This document shows positions 55,601 through 64,000 of a DNA stretch of 64,000 bases, in pieces. This DNA comes from Planctomycetota bacterium (GTDB lineage: Bacteria; Planctomycetota; Planctomycetia; Pirellulales; Pirellulaceae): positions 21,007 to 85,006 of the forward strand of contig JBPOJB010000032.1 of assembly GCA_052034005.1 (NCBI GenBank). Reading direction: 5' to 3'. Within the stretch, counting starts at the first letter, position 1, and each line of letters begins with the position of its first letter. A program made the position numbers and the translations under genes. The notes under the pieces were generated by a model. That model saw only the letters and a list, made by a program, of their open reading frames with translations, did not search any database and was not told the origin of the DNA.

Positions 55601-55628
55601 CCGGGAACGTCCCGGAGCTACCTATAAT
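55601..55628 (+). promoter_or_regulatory. Perfect TATAAT (-10) hexamer preceded by a perfect 6-bp inverted repeat CCGGGA-ACG-TCCCGG; candidate promoter/operator for the YugP-like gene
   Basis: TATAAT is at 55623..55628, 90 nt upstream of the ATG at 55718. The inverted repeat is at 55601..55615. No recognisable -35 element is present. Confidence 0.3.
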
Positions 55629-55717
55629 GTAGCGGTCTCGCACGGCAAACGCACGGCGCGAGTTATGCTCTGCGCGCCGGCGCGCGCGGATCGGCAAGCG
55701 AGTCGAGGTCATTCCCG

Positions 55718-56395
55718 ATGGAAGTGCTTGAGAGACTACTGCCCTGGGTCATCGTGCCGGCGCTGGGCACGGCCCTGTTCTGCCAGGTGTGGGTGCAGAT
55801 CGTCTACTCCCGCGCGACGACGCTTCCGGCCCGGATGAGCGGCTACGCGGTGGCCCGTCAGGTGCTCGACGGCTCCGGGCTCTACGACGTGGAGGTCGTC
55901 CAGGTGCCTGGCCGCTCGAGCGACCATTACGACGTGCGGCGGCAGGTGCTGCAGTTGAGCCCGGACGTTTACCACGGGCGCCATCTGGCGGCGACCGGGA
56001 TCGCGGCGCACGAGGCGAGCCATGCGATCCAGGCGGCGTCGGGCTTCCGGCTGTTGCTGGCGATCCGTGATGCGGCGGTGCCGGCGGCCAGTTACGGCAG
56101 CGGCGCGGCGATCCTGCTGACCATCATCGGACTGATCGCCCGGTTCCCACCTTTCCTGTCGCTGGGCATCCTGCTCTTCGGCGGCAGTGTGGCGTTGCAG
56201 CTGGTCAATCTGCCGTTGGAATGGAGCGCCAGCGCCTGTGCGGGCCGCCAGCTCATGCAGTTGAACCTCGTCGCCCAACCGGACCTGCCGCGCCTCCGCC
56301 GCGTCCTGTTCGCCGCTGCCTTGACCTACGTCGGCGCCACCCTGCAGTCGATCCTCACCCTGATCCAGTCGGTTGCCCACGCGCTGCGAAAATAG
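55718..56395 (+). CDS. YugP-like membrane zinc metallopeptidase (Zn_peptidase_2 family), 225 aa
   Basis: It has an N-terminal TM segment, the HExxH motif as HEASHAIQ, and C-terminal TM helices. The size and layout are typical of the family. Confidence 0.75.
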   Translation: MEVLERLLPWVIVPALGTALFCQVWVQIVYSRATTLPARMSGYAVARQVLDGSGLYDVEVVQVPGRSSDHYDVRRQVLQLSPDVYHGRHLAATGIAAHEASHAIQAASGFRLLLAIRDAAVPAASYGSGAAILLTIIGLIARFPPFLSLGILLFGGSVALQLVNLPLEWSASACAGRQLMQLNLVAQPDLPRLRRVLFAAALTYVGATLQSILTLIQSVAHALRK

Positions 56396-56481
56396 AGCGT
56401 CGGTTGCGGGTCGTCGGTTGACGGTGCCGGCTTCCGGCCCGTCCGGGGCAAGCGCCGTTCCGGTCGTTCGCCCTTGAGAGC

Positions 56482-57519
56482 CTATTGCCCGCCGGCCACC
56501 GCTGGGACGGGTGTGATCAGCGGCTCGCCCACACGCGGCCAGCTGTCTTCGTCCCAGGTCAGTGGGCGGATGGCCAGGCCCGGTCGGCCGTTGCGATGGC
56601 CGTCGTAGAAGTGATAGCTCAGCAGGCAGCGGGTCTCATCTTCGAACACGCCGGCATGTCCTGGACCGATGAATCGGCCGTCGGACTCCAAGACCGGGGA
56701 TCCGCCCCCTTGGCGCAGGTCGACCGCATCCTTGTCGAGATACGGTCCGGTGATCTCGCGGCTGCGACCGACGCGAATGCTGTACGTGCTGCGCACGCCG
56801 CGGCAGCACCAACCCCAATTGACGAACAAGTAATAGTAGTCGCCGTGCCGGTGGATGGCGGCCGCTTCGATCTGCTCTTTGTAGGCCAGCGCATGGAGCG
56901 GCGCATGGGGCGCCAAGCGGAGTCCGGTCCGCGGATCCAACTGGACAAGCTTGATGCCGCTCCAGAACGAGCCGAAGGCCATCCACAGCGAGCCGTCCGA
57001 TCCGTGGACGACGCAGGGATCGATGGCGTTATAGTCGTCGCTCGGCCCGGAGCGAATCACGATCCCGTGGTCCGTCCATTGGAACCGGGCGTCGGCCGGA
57101 TCGAGGACCGGCGAGGACGCCAGGGCTATGGCCGAGGTGTTCTTGCCGAACGTGGAGACCGAGTAATAGACCAGATAGCGGTCGTCGTGATAGATCACCT
57201 CGGGCGCCCAGAAGTGGCCGCGATTGCCCGGCACGGCCTGGCCGACCCAGTCGGGCGTCCTGGTGAAGATGGGCGGGCCGGCCGTCCAGTGGACCAGATC
57301 GCTCGAACGTGCCGAGAGCACTCCGACCCCGGTGGAGAACAACCAATATTCATCCCGGCACTTGACGATGGTGGAAGGGTCATGCGCTGGCCAAGGGCGG
57401 CCGCCCGGGATGGAGGAATCGTCCTTTCTTGGGGCAGCGTCTTGTGCGGCGACGGCGGCGCCGCCGACACACCCGCCGATAATCGCCAGTGCCAGGACGC
57501 CGACTGGGATGCGCGGCAT
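56482..57519 (-). CDS. GH43 arabinan endo-1,5-alpha-L-arabinosidase-like hydrolase, probable lipoprotein, 345 aa
   Basis: Five-bladed propeller motifs are present: HDPSTIV, HFWAPEVIY, NAIDPCVVHGSDGSLWMAFGSFW and IEAAAIHRHGDYYYLFVNWG. The ATG at 57519 has a GGAGGA 5 nt upstream, and the ORF-track start at 57525 is 2 codons longer. A possible lipobox is IIGGC. Confidence 0.85.
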   Translation of the reverse strand: MPRIPVGVLALAIIGGCVGGAAVAAQDAAPRKDDSSIPGGRPWPAHDPSTIVKCRDEYWLFSTGVGVLSARSSDLVHWTAGPPIFTRTPDWVGQAVPGNRGHFWAPEVIYHDDRYLVYYSVSTFGKNTSAIALASSPVLDPADARFQWTDHGIVIRSGPSDDYNAIDPCVVHGSDGSLWMAFGSFWSGIKLVQLDPRTGLRLAPHAPLHALAYKEQIEAAAIHRHGDYYYLFVNWGWCCRGVRSTYSIRVGRSREITGPYLDKDAVDLRQGGGSPVLESDGRFIGPGHAGVFEDETRCLLSYHFYDGHRNGRPGLAIRPLTWDEDSWPRVGEPLITPVPAVAGGQ

Positions 57520-57701
57520 GATCATCCTCCCGGGCCATCATCTGTCCTCTGCAGGGCAATCTACTTCCTGCCGCCGACCGGTGCCACCGGTGTGCACCCG
57601 CAGGGGACCGGACGGTTCGTGTTGCAGCAATTCCGCGCCGGCCCTACAATGCGTTTTGACGGTGGTGGCGGGGGCGGCTCAGCTTTCAGGAGTGGTAGGC
57701 C

Positions 57702-58283
57702 ATGAGAAAGTGGTTGAAGGTGCGTTCGTGCGGCGCCGGGATGATCGGGTTCGGGCTCGGATTGCTGCTCGGCATCGGCATGCTGATCGGTTCGTGGGCG
57801 ACATTCCGCTGGCAGAGCGCTCCGCAGTTCACGTTTCCGGAGACCGCCTTGCGCGCCACGGCGACCGACAGTGGCGAGACATTTGCGATTGCCACGGGAC
57901 CGGTGGCAGACGGGATTGAGGGCATCTTCTTCCTGGACTTCTTGACGGGCGACATTCAGTGTTGGGTGATCCACCCTCGGACCGGCATGACAGGCGGCTA
58001 CTTCGTCGAGAACGTCGTGGACGACCTGGGGATCGAGGCGGGCGGTGCGGGCCGGAAGGTGCCGCATTACTTGATGGTGACCGGTCAGGCGCCCATGCAG
58101 CGTGGCACGAGCATGTTGAAGCCGTGTGACAGCCTGGTCTATGTGGCGGATGCGGCGACGGGGAATTTCGTCGTCTACGCGTTGCCGTGGAACCGGCAGG
58201 CGACGGCCGTGAACCAGCCTCAGCAGGCTCGGATGCACGTGGTGTTCAGGGGTTCGGCGCGGAGTCCGGACATTCGCAGCTAG
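57702..58283 (+). CDS. Hypothetical membrane-anchored protein, 193 aa
   Basis: An AGGAG SD lies 9 nt upstream. It has an N-terminal TM segment (MIGFGLGLLLGIGMLIGSW) followed by a beta-rich domain. I recognise no family. Confidence 0.6.
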   Translation: MRKWLKVRSCGAGMIGFGLGLLLGIGMLIGSWATFRWQSAPQFTFPETALRATATDSGETFAIATGPVADGIEGIFFLDFLTGDIQCWVIHPRTGMTGGYFVENVVDDLGIEAGGAGRKVPHYLMVTGQAPMQRGTSMLKPCDSLVYVADAATGNFVVYALPWNRQATAVNQPQQARMHVVFRGSARSPDIRS

Positions 58284-58295
58284 ACGGCCCCAGTA

Positions 58296-60278
58296 ATGCT
58301 CACGCCTCGGGACATTCTCGGCCCGCAGGGACGCGTTGCTGCGCGGTTGGGCCACTACGAGCACCGGGTTCAGCAGTTGGAGATGGCCGACGCGGTGGCC
58401 GCCGCGATCGCGCAACGCCGACACGCCGTGATCGAGGCGGGGACGGGGGTGGGCAAGAGCCTCGCTTACCTGGTCCCGGCCATCCTGGCGGCGACCGCGC
58501 CGCGGGAGGAAGATGCCGAGCGGTTTCGCGTGGTTGTCTCGACGCACACGATCAGCCTGCAGGAGCAGTTGATCAGGAAGGACCTGCCGCTGCTCAAGGC
58601 CGTGATGCCCTGCGAGTTCACGGCGGTGCTGGTCAAAGGTCGTGGCAACTACATCAGCCGCCGGCGCCTGGAGCTGGCGGTTCGCCGGGCCGGCAGTCTC
58701 TTCGCGCAGGAGCGCGAGGTGCAGGAGCTCCAGCGGCTGGTGCACTGGGCCGGGCAATCGTTCGATGGCTCGTTGAGCGATTTGACGTTCCGGCCGATGG
58801 GCAGCGTGTGGGACGAGGTGGCGAGCGACAGCGGCAACTGCCTGGGCCGTCGCTGTCCGCATTACCGCGATTGTTTCTATCACCGCGCGCGGCGCCGCGT
58901 GTACCATGCACAGGTGCTGGTGGTCAACCATGCCTTGTTCTTCAGCGACTTGGCGTTGCGGAGGAATAAGGCTCAGATCCTGCCCGATTATCAGGCCGTC
59001 ATCTTCGATGAGGCCCACACGCTCGAGGCGGTGGCGGGCGACCATCTGGGGATCAGCCTGTCGTCCGGCCAGGTCGACTGGGTCCTCGATCGGTTGTACA
59101 ACGACCGGACCAACAAGGGGCTGCTGGTCCAGTACCAGATGTGGGACGCTCAGCAGCAGGTTCTCCACTGTCGTGACGCCGCGGCCGAGTTCTTCGATCA
59201 GTTGCTGGCCTGGCGCTGGGCGCGGCCGGCGTCCAACGGCCGGGTGCTGGAGCCGAAGCAGTTTGCCGATCCGCTCAGCGGCCCTCTGCGCCGACTGGCG
59301 GGGACGCTCGACGAGCAGAGCGAGTCGCTCTGTGGCGAGTCCGACAGCAAGGATTTCGAAGCGGCACGCGACCGGCTCTTGACGCTCAGCGGCGCGTTGA
59401 GCCAGTGGGTAGAGCAGGGTCTTCCCAACGCCGTGTACTGGATGGACGGGACGGCGCAGGATGCGCGCCGGCGGCGCGTCACGCTATCCGCGGCGCCGAT
59501 CGACATCGGCCCGTTGCTGCGCAGGGAGCTGTTCGCGCGGGTGCCGACGGTGATCATGACCAGCGCCACCTTGGCGACCGGGCGGCCGCCATCGTTCACG
59601 TTCTTCCGGTCACGGCTGGGGCTGACCCACCAGGCGGCGGACCTGCAGTTGGGCAGCCCCTTCGACTACCGCCGCCAGGCCCAGATCGTGCTGGTCGACG
59701 GCCTGCCGGACCCGCAGGCGGATCGGCAGGCGTACGAGCGTCTGTGTCGGGCGATGATCTGCCGGTACGTGGAGCGGACGGAGGGGCGGGCGTTCGTGTT
59801 GTTCACCAGCTATTCGCTGATGCGACGGATCTCGTCCGGGTTGGCCACCTGGCTCGCGCAGCAGAACCTGGCGCTGTTGAGCCAGGCGGAGGGGCTGCCG
59901 CGGACCGCGATGCTCGAACGGTTCTGCGCCCAGCCGCGTTCGGTTTTGTTCGGCACGGATAGTTTCTGGCAGGGGGTCGACGTGCCGGGCGACGCGTTGC
60001 AGAATGTGATCATCACGAAGCTGCCGTTCAGCGTGCCCGATCAGCCGCTGGTGCAGGCGCGTCTGGAGGCGATCCGCGACGCGGGCGGCAATCCGTTCCT
60101 CGATTACCAGGTGCCGGAAGCGGTGATCAAGCTGCGGCAAGGGTTCGGCCGCCTGATCCGCACGCGGCGGGACCGGGGGATGGTGGTGATCCTGGACCCG
60201 CGCGTGCGCACCAGGCCGTACGGGCACGTGTTCCTGGATTCGCTGCCGGATTGCGAGGTGGTCCACGAACACTGCTAG
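58296..60278 (+). CDS. dinG: DinG/Rad3(XPD)-family ATP-dependent DNA helicase, 660 aa
   Basis: It has Walker A EAGTGVGKS, a DEAH box (VIFDEAHTLE), a Cys cluster (CLGRRCPHYRDCFY) consistent with an Fe-S domain, and C-terminal helicase motifs (VLFTSY, FWQGVDVPG, GFGRLIRTRRDRG). Confidence 0.85.
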   Translation: MLTPRDILGPQGRVAARLGHYEHRVQQLEMADAVAAAIAQRRHAVIEAGTGVGKSLAYLVPAILAATAPREEDAERFRVVVSTHTISLQEQLIRKDLPLLKAVMPCEFTAVLVKGRGNYISRRRLELAVRRAGSLFAQEREVQELQRLVHWAGQSFDGSLSDLTFRPMGSVWDEVASDSGNCLGRRCPHYRDCFYHRARRRVYHAQVLVVNHALFFSDLALRRNKAQILPDYQAVIFDEAHTLEAVAGDHLGISLSSGQVDWVLDRLYNDRTNKGLLVQYQMWDAQQQVLHCRDAAAEFFDQLLAWRWARPASNGRVLEPKQFADPLSGPLRRLAGTLDEQSESLCGESDSKDFEAARDRLLTLSGALSQWVEQGLPNAVYWMDGTAQDARRRRVTLSAAPIDIGPLLRRELFARVPTVIMTSATLATGRPPSFTFFRSRLGLTHQAADLQLGSPFDYRRQAQIVLVDGLPDPQADRQAYERLCRAMICRYVERTEGRAFVLFTSYSLMRRISSGLATWLAQQNLALLSQAEGLPRTAMLERFCAQPRSVLFGTDSFWQGVDVPGDALQNVIITKLPFSVPDQPLVQARLEAIRDAGGNPFLDYQVPEAVIKLRQGFGRLIRTRRDRGMVVILDPRVRTRPYGHVFLDSLPDCEVVHEHC

Positions 60279-60296
60279 AGAAGTGAGTCCCTGTCG

Positions 60297-62135
60297 GTGA
60301 CGGCGATCCTCGGCATCTCGGCCTACTATCACGATTCGGCCGCTGCGCTGGTGGTGGACGGGCAGATCGTGGCGGCCGCGCAGGAAGAGCGATTCACGCG
60401 CCGGAAGCACGATCCGGGTTTCCCGCGGCATGCCATTGACTACTGCCTGCGCGAGGCCGGGTTGCAGCCGGCGGAGCTGGACTATGTCGGCTTCTACGAC
60501 AAGCCGTTCTTGAAGTTCGACCGCTTGTTGGAGACCTACCTGGCGTTTGCTCCGCGCGGGTTCCGGTCGTTCCTGGCGGCGATGCCGGTCTGGTTGCGGA
60601 CCAAGCTGCACTTGCCGCGCGAGATGCGGCGGGGGCTCGGCGGCGGCTATCGCCGGCGCTTCGTGTTCACCGAGCATCACGAATCGCACGCGGCCAGCGC
60701 GTTTTTCCCCTCGCCGTTTGACGAGGCGGCGATCCTGACGGTCGATGGCGTGGGCGAATGGGCGACCGCGTCGTATGGGTACGGGCGCGGCAACCGGATC
60801 GAGCTGACCCATCAACTGTCCTTCCCGCACTCGCTCGGGCTGCTCTATTCGGCGTTCACCTATTTCTGCGGCTTCCGGGTGAATTCGGGTGAATACAAGC
60901 TGATGGGGCTGGCGCCGTACGGCCAGCCGCGGTTTGCCGAGCTGATCCTGGACCGCCTGCTGCACGTCCAGCCGGACGGGTCGTTTCGGATGGACATGCG
61001 GTACTTCAACTACTGCCAGGGGCTGACCATGACCAGCCGCCTGTTCCACGACCTGTTCGGTGGTCCGCCACGCCGTCCCGAGTCGCCGCTCACGCCGCGC
61101 GAGATGGATCTGGCCGCATCCGTCCAGTGGGTGACGGAGGAGATCATGCTGCGCATGGCGCAGCACGTGCATCGCGAGACCGGGCGGCTCCGGAACCTCT
61201 GCCTGGCTGGCGGCGTGGCGCTCAATTGCGTCGCCAACGGCCGGATCCTGCGGGAAGGGCCCTTCGAGCGGATCTGGATCCAGCCGGCCGCCGGCGATGC
61301 GGGCGGCGCGCTGGGCACGGCCCTGTTCATCTGGCATCAGCTGCTGAACCGGCCCCGCACGCCGGACCCGGGAGACAGCCAGCGCGGATCGCGGCTGGGC
61401 CCCGCGCCGACCGACCGTGAGATCGTCCAGTTCCTGGCCGACAGCGGCGCGGTCTGGCACCGGTTCGCGTCCGAGGAGGAGAAATGCCGCCGGGTCGCCC
61501 AGCTCCTGGCAGCCGGCCAGGTTGTCGGGTGGCTGCAGGGCCGGATGGAGTTCGGGCCTCGGGCGCTGGGGGGCCGGAGTATCCTGGGCGACGCGCGCCG
61601 GCCGGAGATGCAAGCGGCCATGAATCGGAAGATCAAGTTCCGTGAGTCGTTCCGCCCCTTCGCGCCGTCCGTGCTGCAGGAACGGGTTCAGGATTATTTC
61701 GAGATGCCGGCCCGGGAGCCCAGCCCGTACATGCTGCTGGTTGCGCCCGTGTGCGGCTCGCGCCGCGTGCGACACCCTGCCGCCGCGCACCTCCGGGGCC
61801 TGGAACTGCGGCACGCGGTCCGCTCCGAGATCCCAGCCGTCACCCACGTGGATTACTCGGCCCGCGTCCAGACCGTGGACCCGCAACGCGGTGGCGTCTA
61901 CTACCGGCTGCTCAAAGCCTTCGAGCAACAGACCGGCTGCCCGGTGATCATCAACACCAGCTTCAATATCCGCGGCGAACCGATCGTCTGTTCGCCGGCT
62001 GAGGCCTATCGCTGCTTCCTGGCCACGAACATGGATGCACTGGTCATCGAAGACTACCTGCTGCTGAAGTCCGAGCAGTCTGGTGCGCCGGCCCATGCGA
62101 TCGATACCTATTTGGCGAGCTTCGAGCTGGATTAG
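60297..62135 (+). CDS. Carbamoyltransferase (NodU/CmcH family), 612 aa
   Basis: The start is GTG at 60297. It contains ILGISAYYHDSAAALVVDGQIVAAAQEERFTRRKHD, HHESHAASAF, EYKLMGLAPYG, LAGGVALNCVANG, the C-terminal YrdC-like/carbamoyl part (MEFGPRALGGRSILGD) and NTSFNIRGEPIV. Confidence 0.9.
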   Translation: MTAILGISAYYHDSAAALVVDGQIVAAAQEERFTRRKHDPGFPRHAIDYCLREAGLQPAELDYVGFYDKPFLKFDRLLETYLAFAPRGFRSFLAAMPVWLRTKLHLPREMRRGLGGGYRRRFVFTEHHESHAASAFFPSPFDEAAILTVDGVGEWATASYGYGRGNRIELTHQLSFPHSLGLLYSAFTYFCGFRVNSGEYKLMGLAPYGQPRFAELILDRLLHVQPDGSFRMDMRYFNYCQGLTMTSRLFHDLFGGPPRRPESPLTPREMDLAASVQWVTEEIMLRMAQHVHRETGRLRNLCLAGGVALNCVANGRILREGPFERIWIQPAAGDAGGALGTALFIWHQLLNRPRTPDPGDSQRGSRLGPAPTDREIVQFLADSGAVWHRFASEEEKCRRVAQLLAAGQVVGWLQGRMEFGPRALGGRSILGDARRPEMQAAMNRKIKFRESFRPFAPSVLQERVQDYFEMPAREPSPYMLLVAPVCGSRRVRHPAAAHLRGLELRHAVRSEIPAVTHVDYSARVQTVDPQRGGVYYRLLKAFEQQTGCPVIINTSFNIRGEPIVCSPAEAYRCFLATNMDALVIEDYLLLKSEQSGAPAHAIDTYLASFELD

Positions 62136-62552
62136 ATGGCCCTGATCGAATTCCACATCGCGCCGACCGACCGGCAGCTGCGCCAGTTTGCGGGGGTGGT
62201 GGTGCCGTCGTGCGCCCTGCTGCTGGCCGTCCTCCTGGGCTGGCGCTGGGACCAGCGCGTGCTGGGGGGCGGGATCCTGGTGGCGGCAGCGGCCCTGGCG
62301 GTCGGCGGCCTGGTCCGCCCGGCGCTGGTGCGGCCCGTCTTCCTGGGCTGGATGTACGCTTCCTATCCGATCCGGTGGGCAGTTGGCCATGTGATCATGC
62401 TCGTGGTATTCTTTCTGATCGTGACGCCGATCGGGCTGGTGATGCGCGCCCTGAGGCGAGACCCGTTGCGGCGCAAGTTCGACACGTCGTGTACCAGCTA
62501 CTGGGAACGGCGCGCGGGCAGTGAACGGACGCGTTACTTCCGGCAGTTCTGA
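62136..62552 (+). CDS. SxtJ-like small membrane protein, 138 aa
   Basis: Its ATG directly abuts the TAG of the carbamoyltransferase (TAGATG). It has three to four hydrophobic helices. The position and size match the SxtJ-family genes that accompany carbamoyltransferases. The family call is from memory, not from a search. Confidence 0.6.
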   Translation: MALIEFHIAPTDRQLRQFAGVVVPSCALLLAVLLGWRWDQRVLGGGILVAAAALAVGGLVRPALVRPVFLGWMYASYPIRWAVGHVIMLVVFFLIVTPIGLVMRALRRDPLRRKFDTSCTSYWERRAGSERTRYFRQF

Positions 62553-62579
62553 CTGCGATCCATTGCTGAGTGCGATCCC

Positions 62580-62807
62580 ATGGCTGCGAAGACCGAGAAC
62601 CAGGCGCACGGACCGACGGTGGAGGAGCGCGAGTTGGAGCGGCTGGCGGGGCAGGGTCAGCCGGGCCTGTTGCGCGAGTTCTGGGACTTCCTGCGCGTCA
62701 ACAGGAAGTGGTGGCTGCTGCCGGTGCTGATCACCCTGCTGGTGCTCGGCGCGTTTCTGCTGTTGTCGAGCACGGCGTTTGCGCCGTTCATCTACACGCT
62801 CTTCTGA
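62580..62807 (+). CDS. DUF5989 (SxtK-like) small membrane protein, 75 aa
   Basis: It contains LLREFWDFLRVNRKWWLLPVLITLLVLGAFLLLSSTAFAPFIYTLF. The single TM helix and the C-terminal APFIYTLF match the family signature as I remember it. Confidence 0.65.
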   Translation: MAAKTENQAHGPTVEERELERLAGQGQPGLLREFWDFLRVNRKWWLLPVLITLLVLGAFLLLSSTAFAPFIYTLF

Positions 62808-62934
62808 TCGGTCGCCCAGCGGCAGGAGCCGGCCGCGCCGGTTGGGTGCTCAGCGGGCGGGCCGGCACGGGAGACTCGGACCGGGTCGTGCGGACCGAAG
62901 GGGCTGCCGCCATCGAGTCGCCCCCCACGATGTG

Positions 62935-62943
62935 TGGTATCAT
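62935..62943 (+). promoter_or_regulatory. Extended -10-like element TGGTATCAT upstream of pilT
   Basis: TG-n-TATCAT is at 62935..62943, 155 nt upstream of the pilT ATG, in a 290-nt intergenic gap. No -35 element is recognisable. Confidence 0.25.
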
Positions 62944-63097
62944 CGATGCATGCGATGGCGGTGGCGGTCGCCCGCGTGGCGGCGGCCGGTGTGTCTGATC
63001 GCCGGCGGCAAACCCTCGACATGGCACCAGGGACTGCTTACAGTGAGAGCTTGCTGCAACGGGACATCGCAGTTTGGTTGTGAGAGGAGCGGAGATC

Positions 63098-64000
63098 ATG
63101 TCACTCGCCGAGTCAGGGGAGTTATATCGCGCGGACGGCCAGGAGCCCGAGGTGCAGTTGGGCGACCTGGAAGACCGTTTTCTAGCCAAGGCTAAGGAGC
63201 TGGAGGTCGACAAGTACTTTCGCGCCTGCGTGAAGTTGCAAGGCAGCGACTTGCACATGAAGGTAGGCCAGCCTCCCATTGTGCGTGTCCACGGCAAACT
63301 CAAGCAGCTCAACCGCGGCCCCATCGCGATGGAGGAGATGTGCCGGCTGCTGTTCCCGATGATGAACAAGCGGCACCGGGCGATTTTCGACAAGCAGGGT
63401 GGCACGGACTTCGCTTACGCGATCACGGTGGACGACGAGGTCTGGCGGTTCCGCGTCAACATGTTGACTCAGATGGGCAAGATCGGGCTGGTGGCCCGCC
63501 GCGTGAGCAATTTCATTCCCGACTTCGCCGGCCTGCATCTGCCGCCCATCATGGAAGAACTCTGCAAGTACGACCAGGGGATGGTGCTGCTCGCCGGCGT
63601 GACCGGTTCGGGCAAGACCACCACGATCGCGTCGATGCTCAACTGGATCAACGCCCACTACAGCAAGCACATCCTGACGCTGGAGGACCCGATTGAGTTC
63701 GTCTATACGGAGAACAAATGCCTGATCAATCAGCGGGAGATCGGGGAGGACGTGATCGATTTCGCGGTAGGCATGAAGCATGCGGTGCGTGAGGACCCGG
63801 ACGTGATGCTGGTGGGCGAAATGCGCGACCAGGAGACGTTCATGACGGCGATCCACGCGGCGGAGACGGGCCACCTGGTGTTCGGCACGATCCACGCGTC
63901 GTCGGCGCCGACGACCATCGGGCGCATCCTGGACCTGTTCCCGGAGGAGTTGCACGGCGCGATCCGCAGCGCGATCGCCTTCAACATGCGTGGCATTGTG
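63098..64000 (+). CDS. pilT: Type IV pilus twitching-motility ATPase PilT (3' end off window, first 301 codons)
   Basis: It is absent from the ORF track because it has no stop in the window. Hand translation from the ATG at 63098 (GAGGAGCGGAG SD upstream) gives MSLAESGELYRADGQ...KLQGSDLHMKVGQPPIVRVHGKL...LLAGVTGSGKTTT (Walker A)...TLEDPIEF...DPDVMLVGEMRD (Walker B/Asp box)...TGHLVFGTIHA (His box). Confidence 0.9.
   Translation, partial: MSLAESGELYRADGQEPEVQLGDLEDRFLAKAKELEVDKYFRACVKLQGSDLHMKVGQPPIVRVHGKLKQLNRGPIAMEEMCRLLFPMMNKRHRAIFDKQGGTDFAYAITVDDEVWRFRVNMLTQMGKIGLVARRVSNFIPDFAGLHLPPIMEELCKYDQGMVLLAGVTGSGKTTTIASMLNWINAHYSKHILTLEDPIEFVYTENKCLINQREIGEDVIDFAVGMKHAVREDPDVMLVGEMRDQETFMTAIHAAETGHLVFGTIHASSAPTTIGRILDLFPEELHGAIRSAIAFNMRGIV

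Noticed and set aside
55551-55712. Longest version of the 52356..55712 ORF (extra 54 codons)
   Set aside because: It would leave only 5 nt to the divergent gene at 55718. It would also run through a consensus TATAAT and an inverted repeat. The extension is Arg-rich and has no SD-like motif.

Overview
This is a high-GC chromosomal segment, roughly two-thirds G+C by eye (not computed). Gene content suggests a Planctomycetota/PVC-type genome: a TAT-signal Gfo/Idh/MocA oxidoreductase, a xylose-isomerase-like TIM barrel, many large secreted glycoside hydrolases, a GldG/DUF4340 ABC operon and PilT. That taxonomic call is inference only. I can support 38 protein-coding genes. Two of them run off the window edges and are therefore missing from the ORF track. 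I found no rRNA, tRNA, CRISPR array, transposase, integrase or prophage signature. All family calls come from motif recognition by eye; no searches were run, and start codons are best guesses. Content from left to right: (1) carbohydrate-active genes (GH38, GH127, GH2, GH106-like, a second GH127-type enzyme, GH116, GH43) mixed with sugar-modifying enzymes; (2) housekeeping genes (class I fumarase, PurF-like, nadB, icd, lpxK, cysC, alpha-glucan phosphorylase, DinG-like helicase, pilT); (3) an ABC-ATPase / fused GldF-GldG / DUF4340 operon; (4) a minus-strand cysC plus three glycosyltransferases cluster next to lpxK; (5) several large proteins of unknown function. Most of the long plus/minus 'shadow' ORFs in the track (Arg/Gly/Pro/Ala-rich, antisense to recognisable genes) are high-GC artefacts and were rejected. 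The observations most worth a second look are these. (a) An orphan, very divergent diadenylate-cyclase-fold protein with a large unknown N-terminal domain lies just downstream of a CBS-pair CNNM transporter. (b) A carbamoyltransferase / SxtJ-like / DUF5989 (SxtK-like) triad has no known substrate. (c) A 1098-aa membrane protein carries a near-perfect 33-nt tandem array encoding Gln-rich repeats and is translationally coupled to nadB. (d) A two-gene hypothetical operon encodes a 1064-aa bitopic protein and a secreted partner. (e) A GH116 enzyme has an inserted jelly-roll module, and an uncharacterised secreted protein sits beside the hydrolase block. None of these amounts to a proven new system. 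Each is a hypothesis with a stated test.
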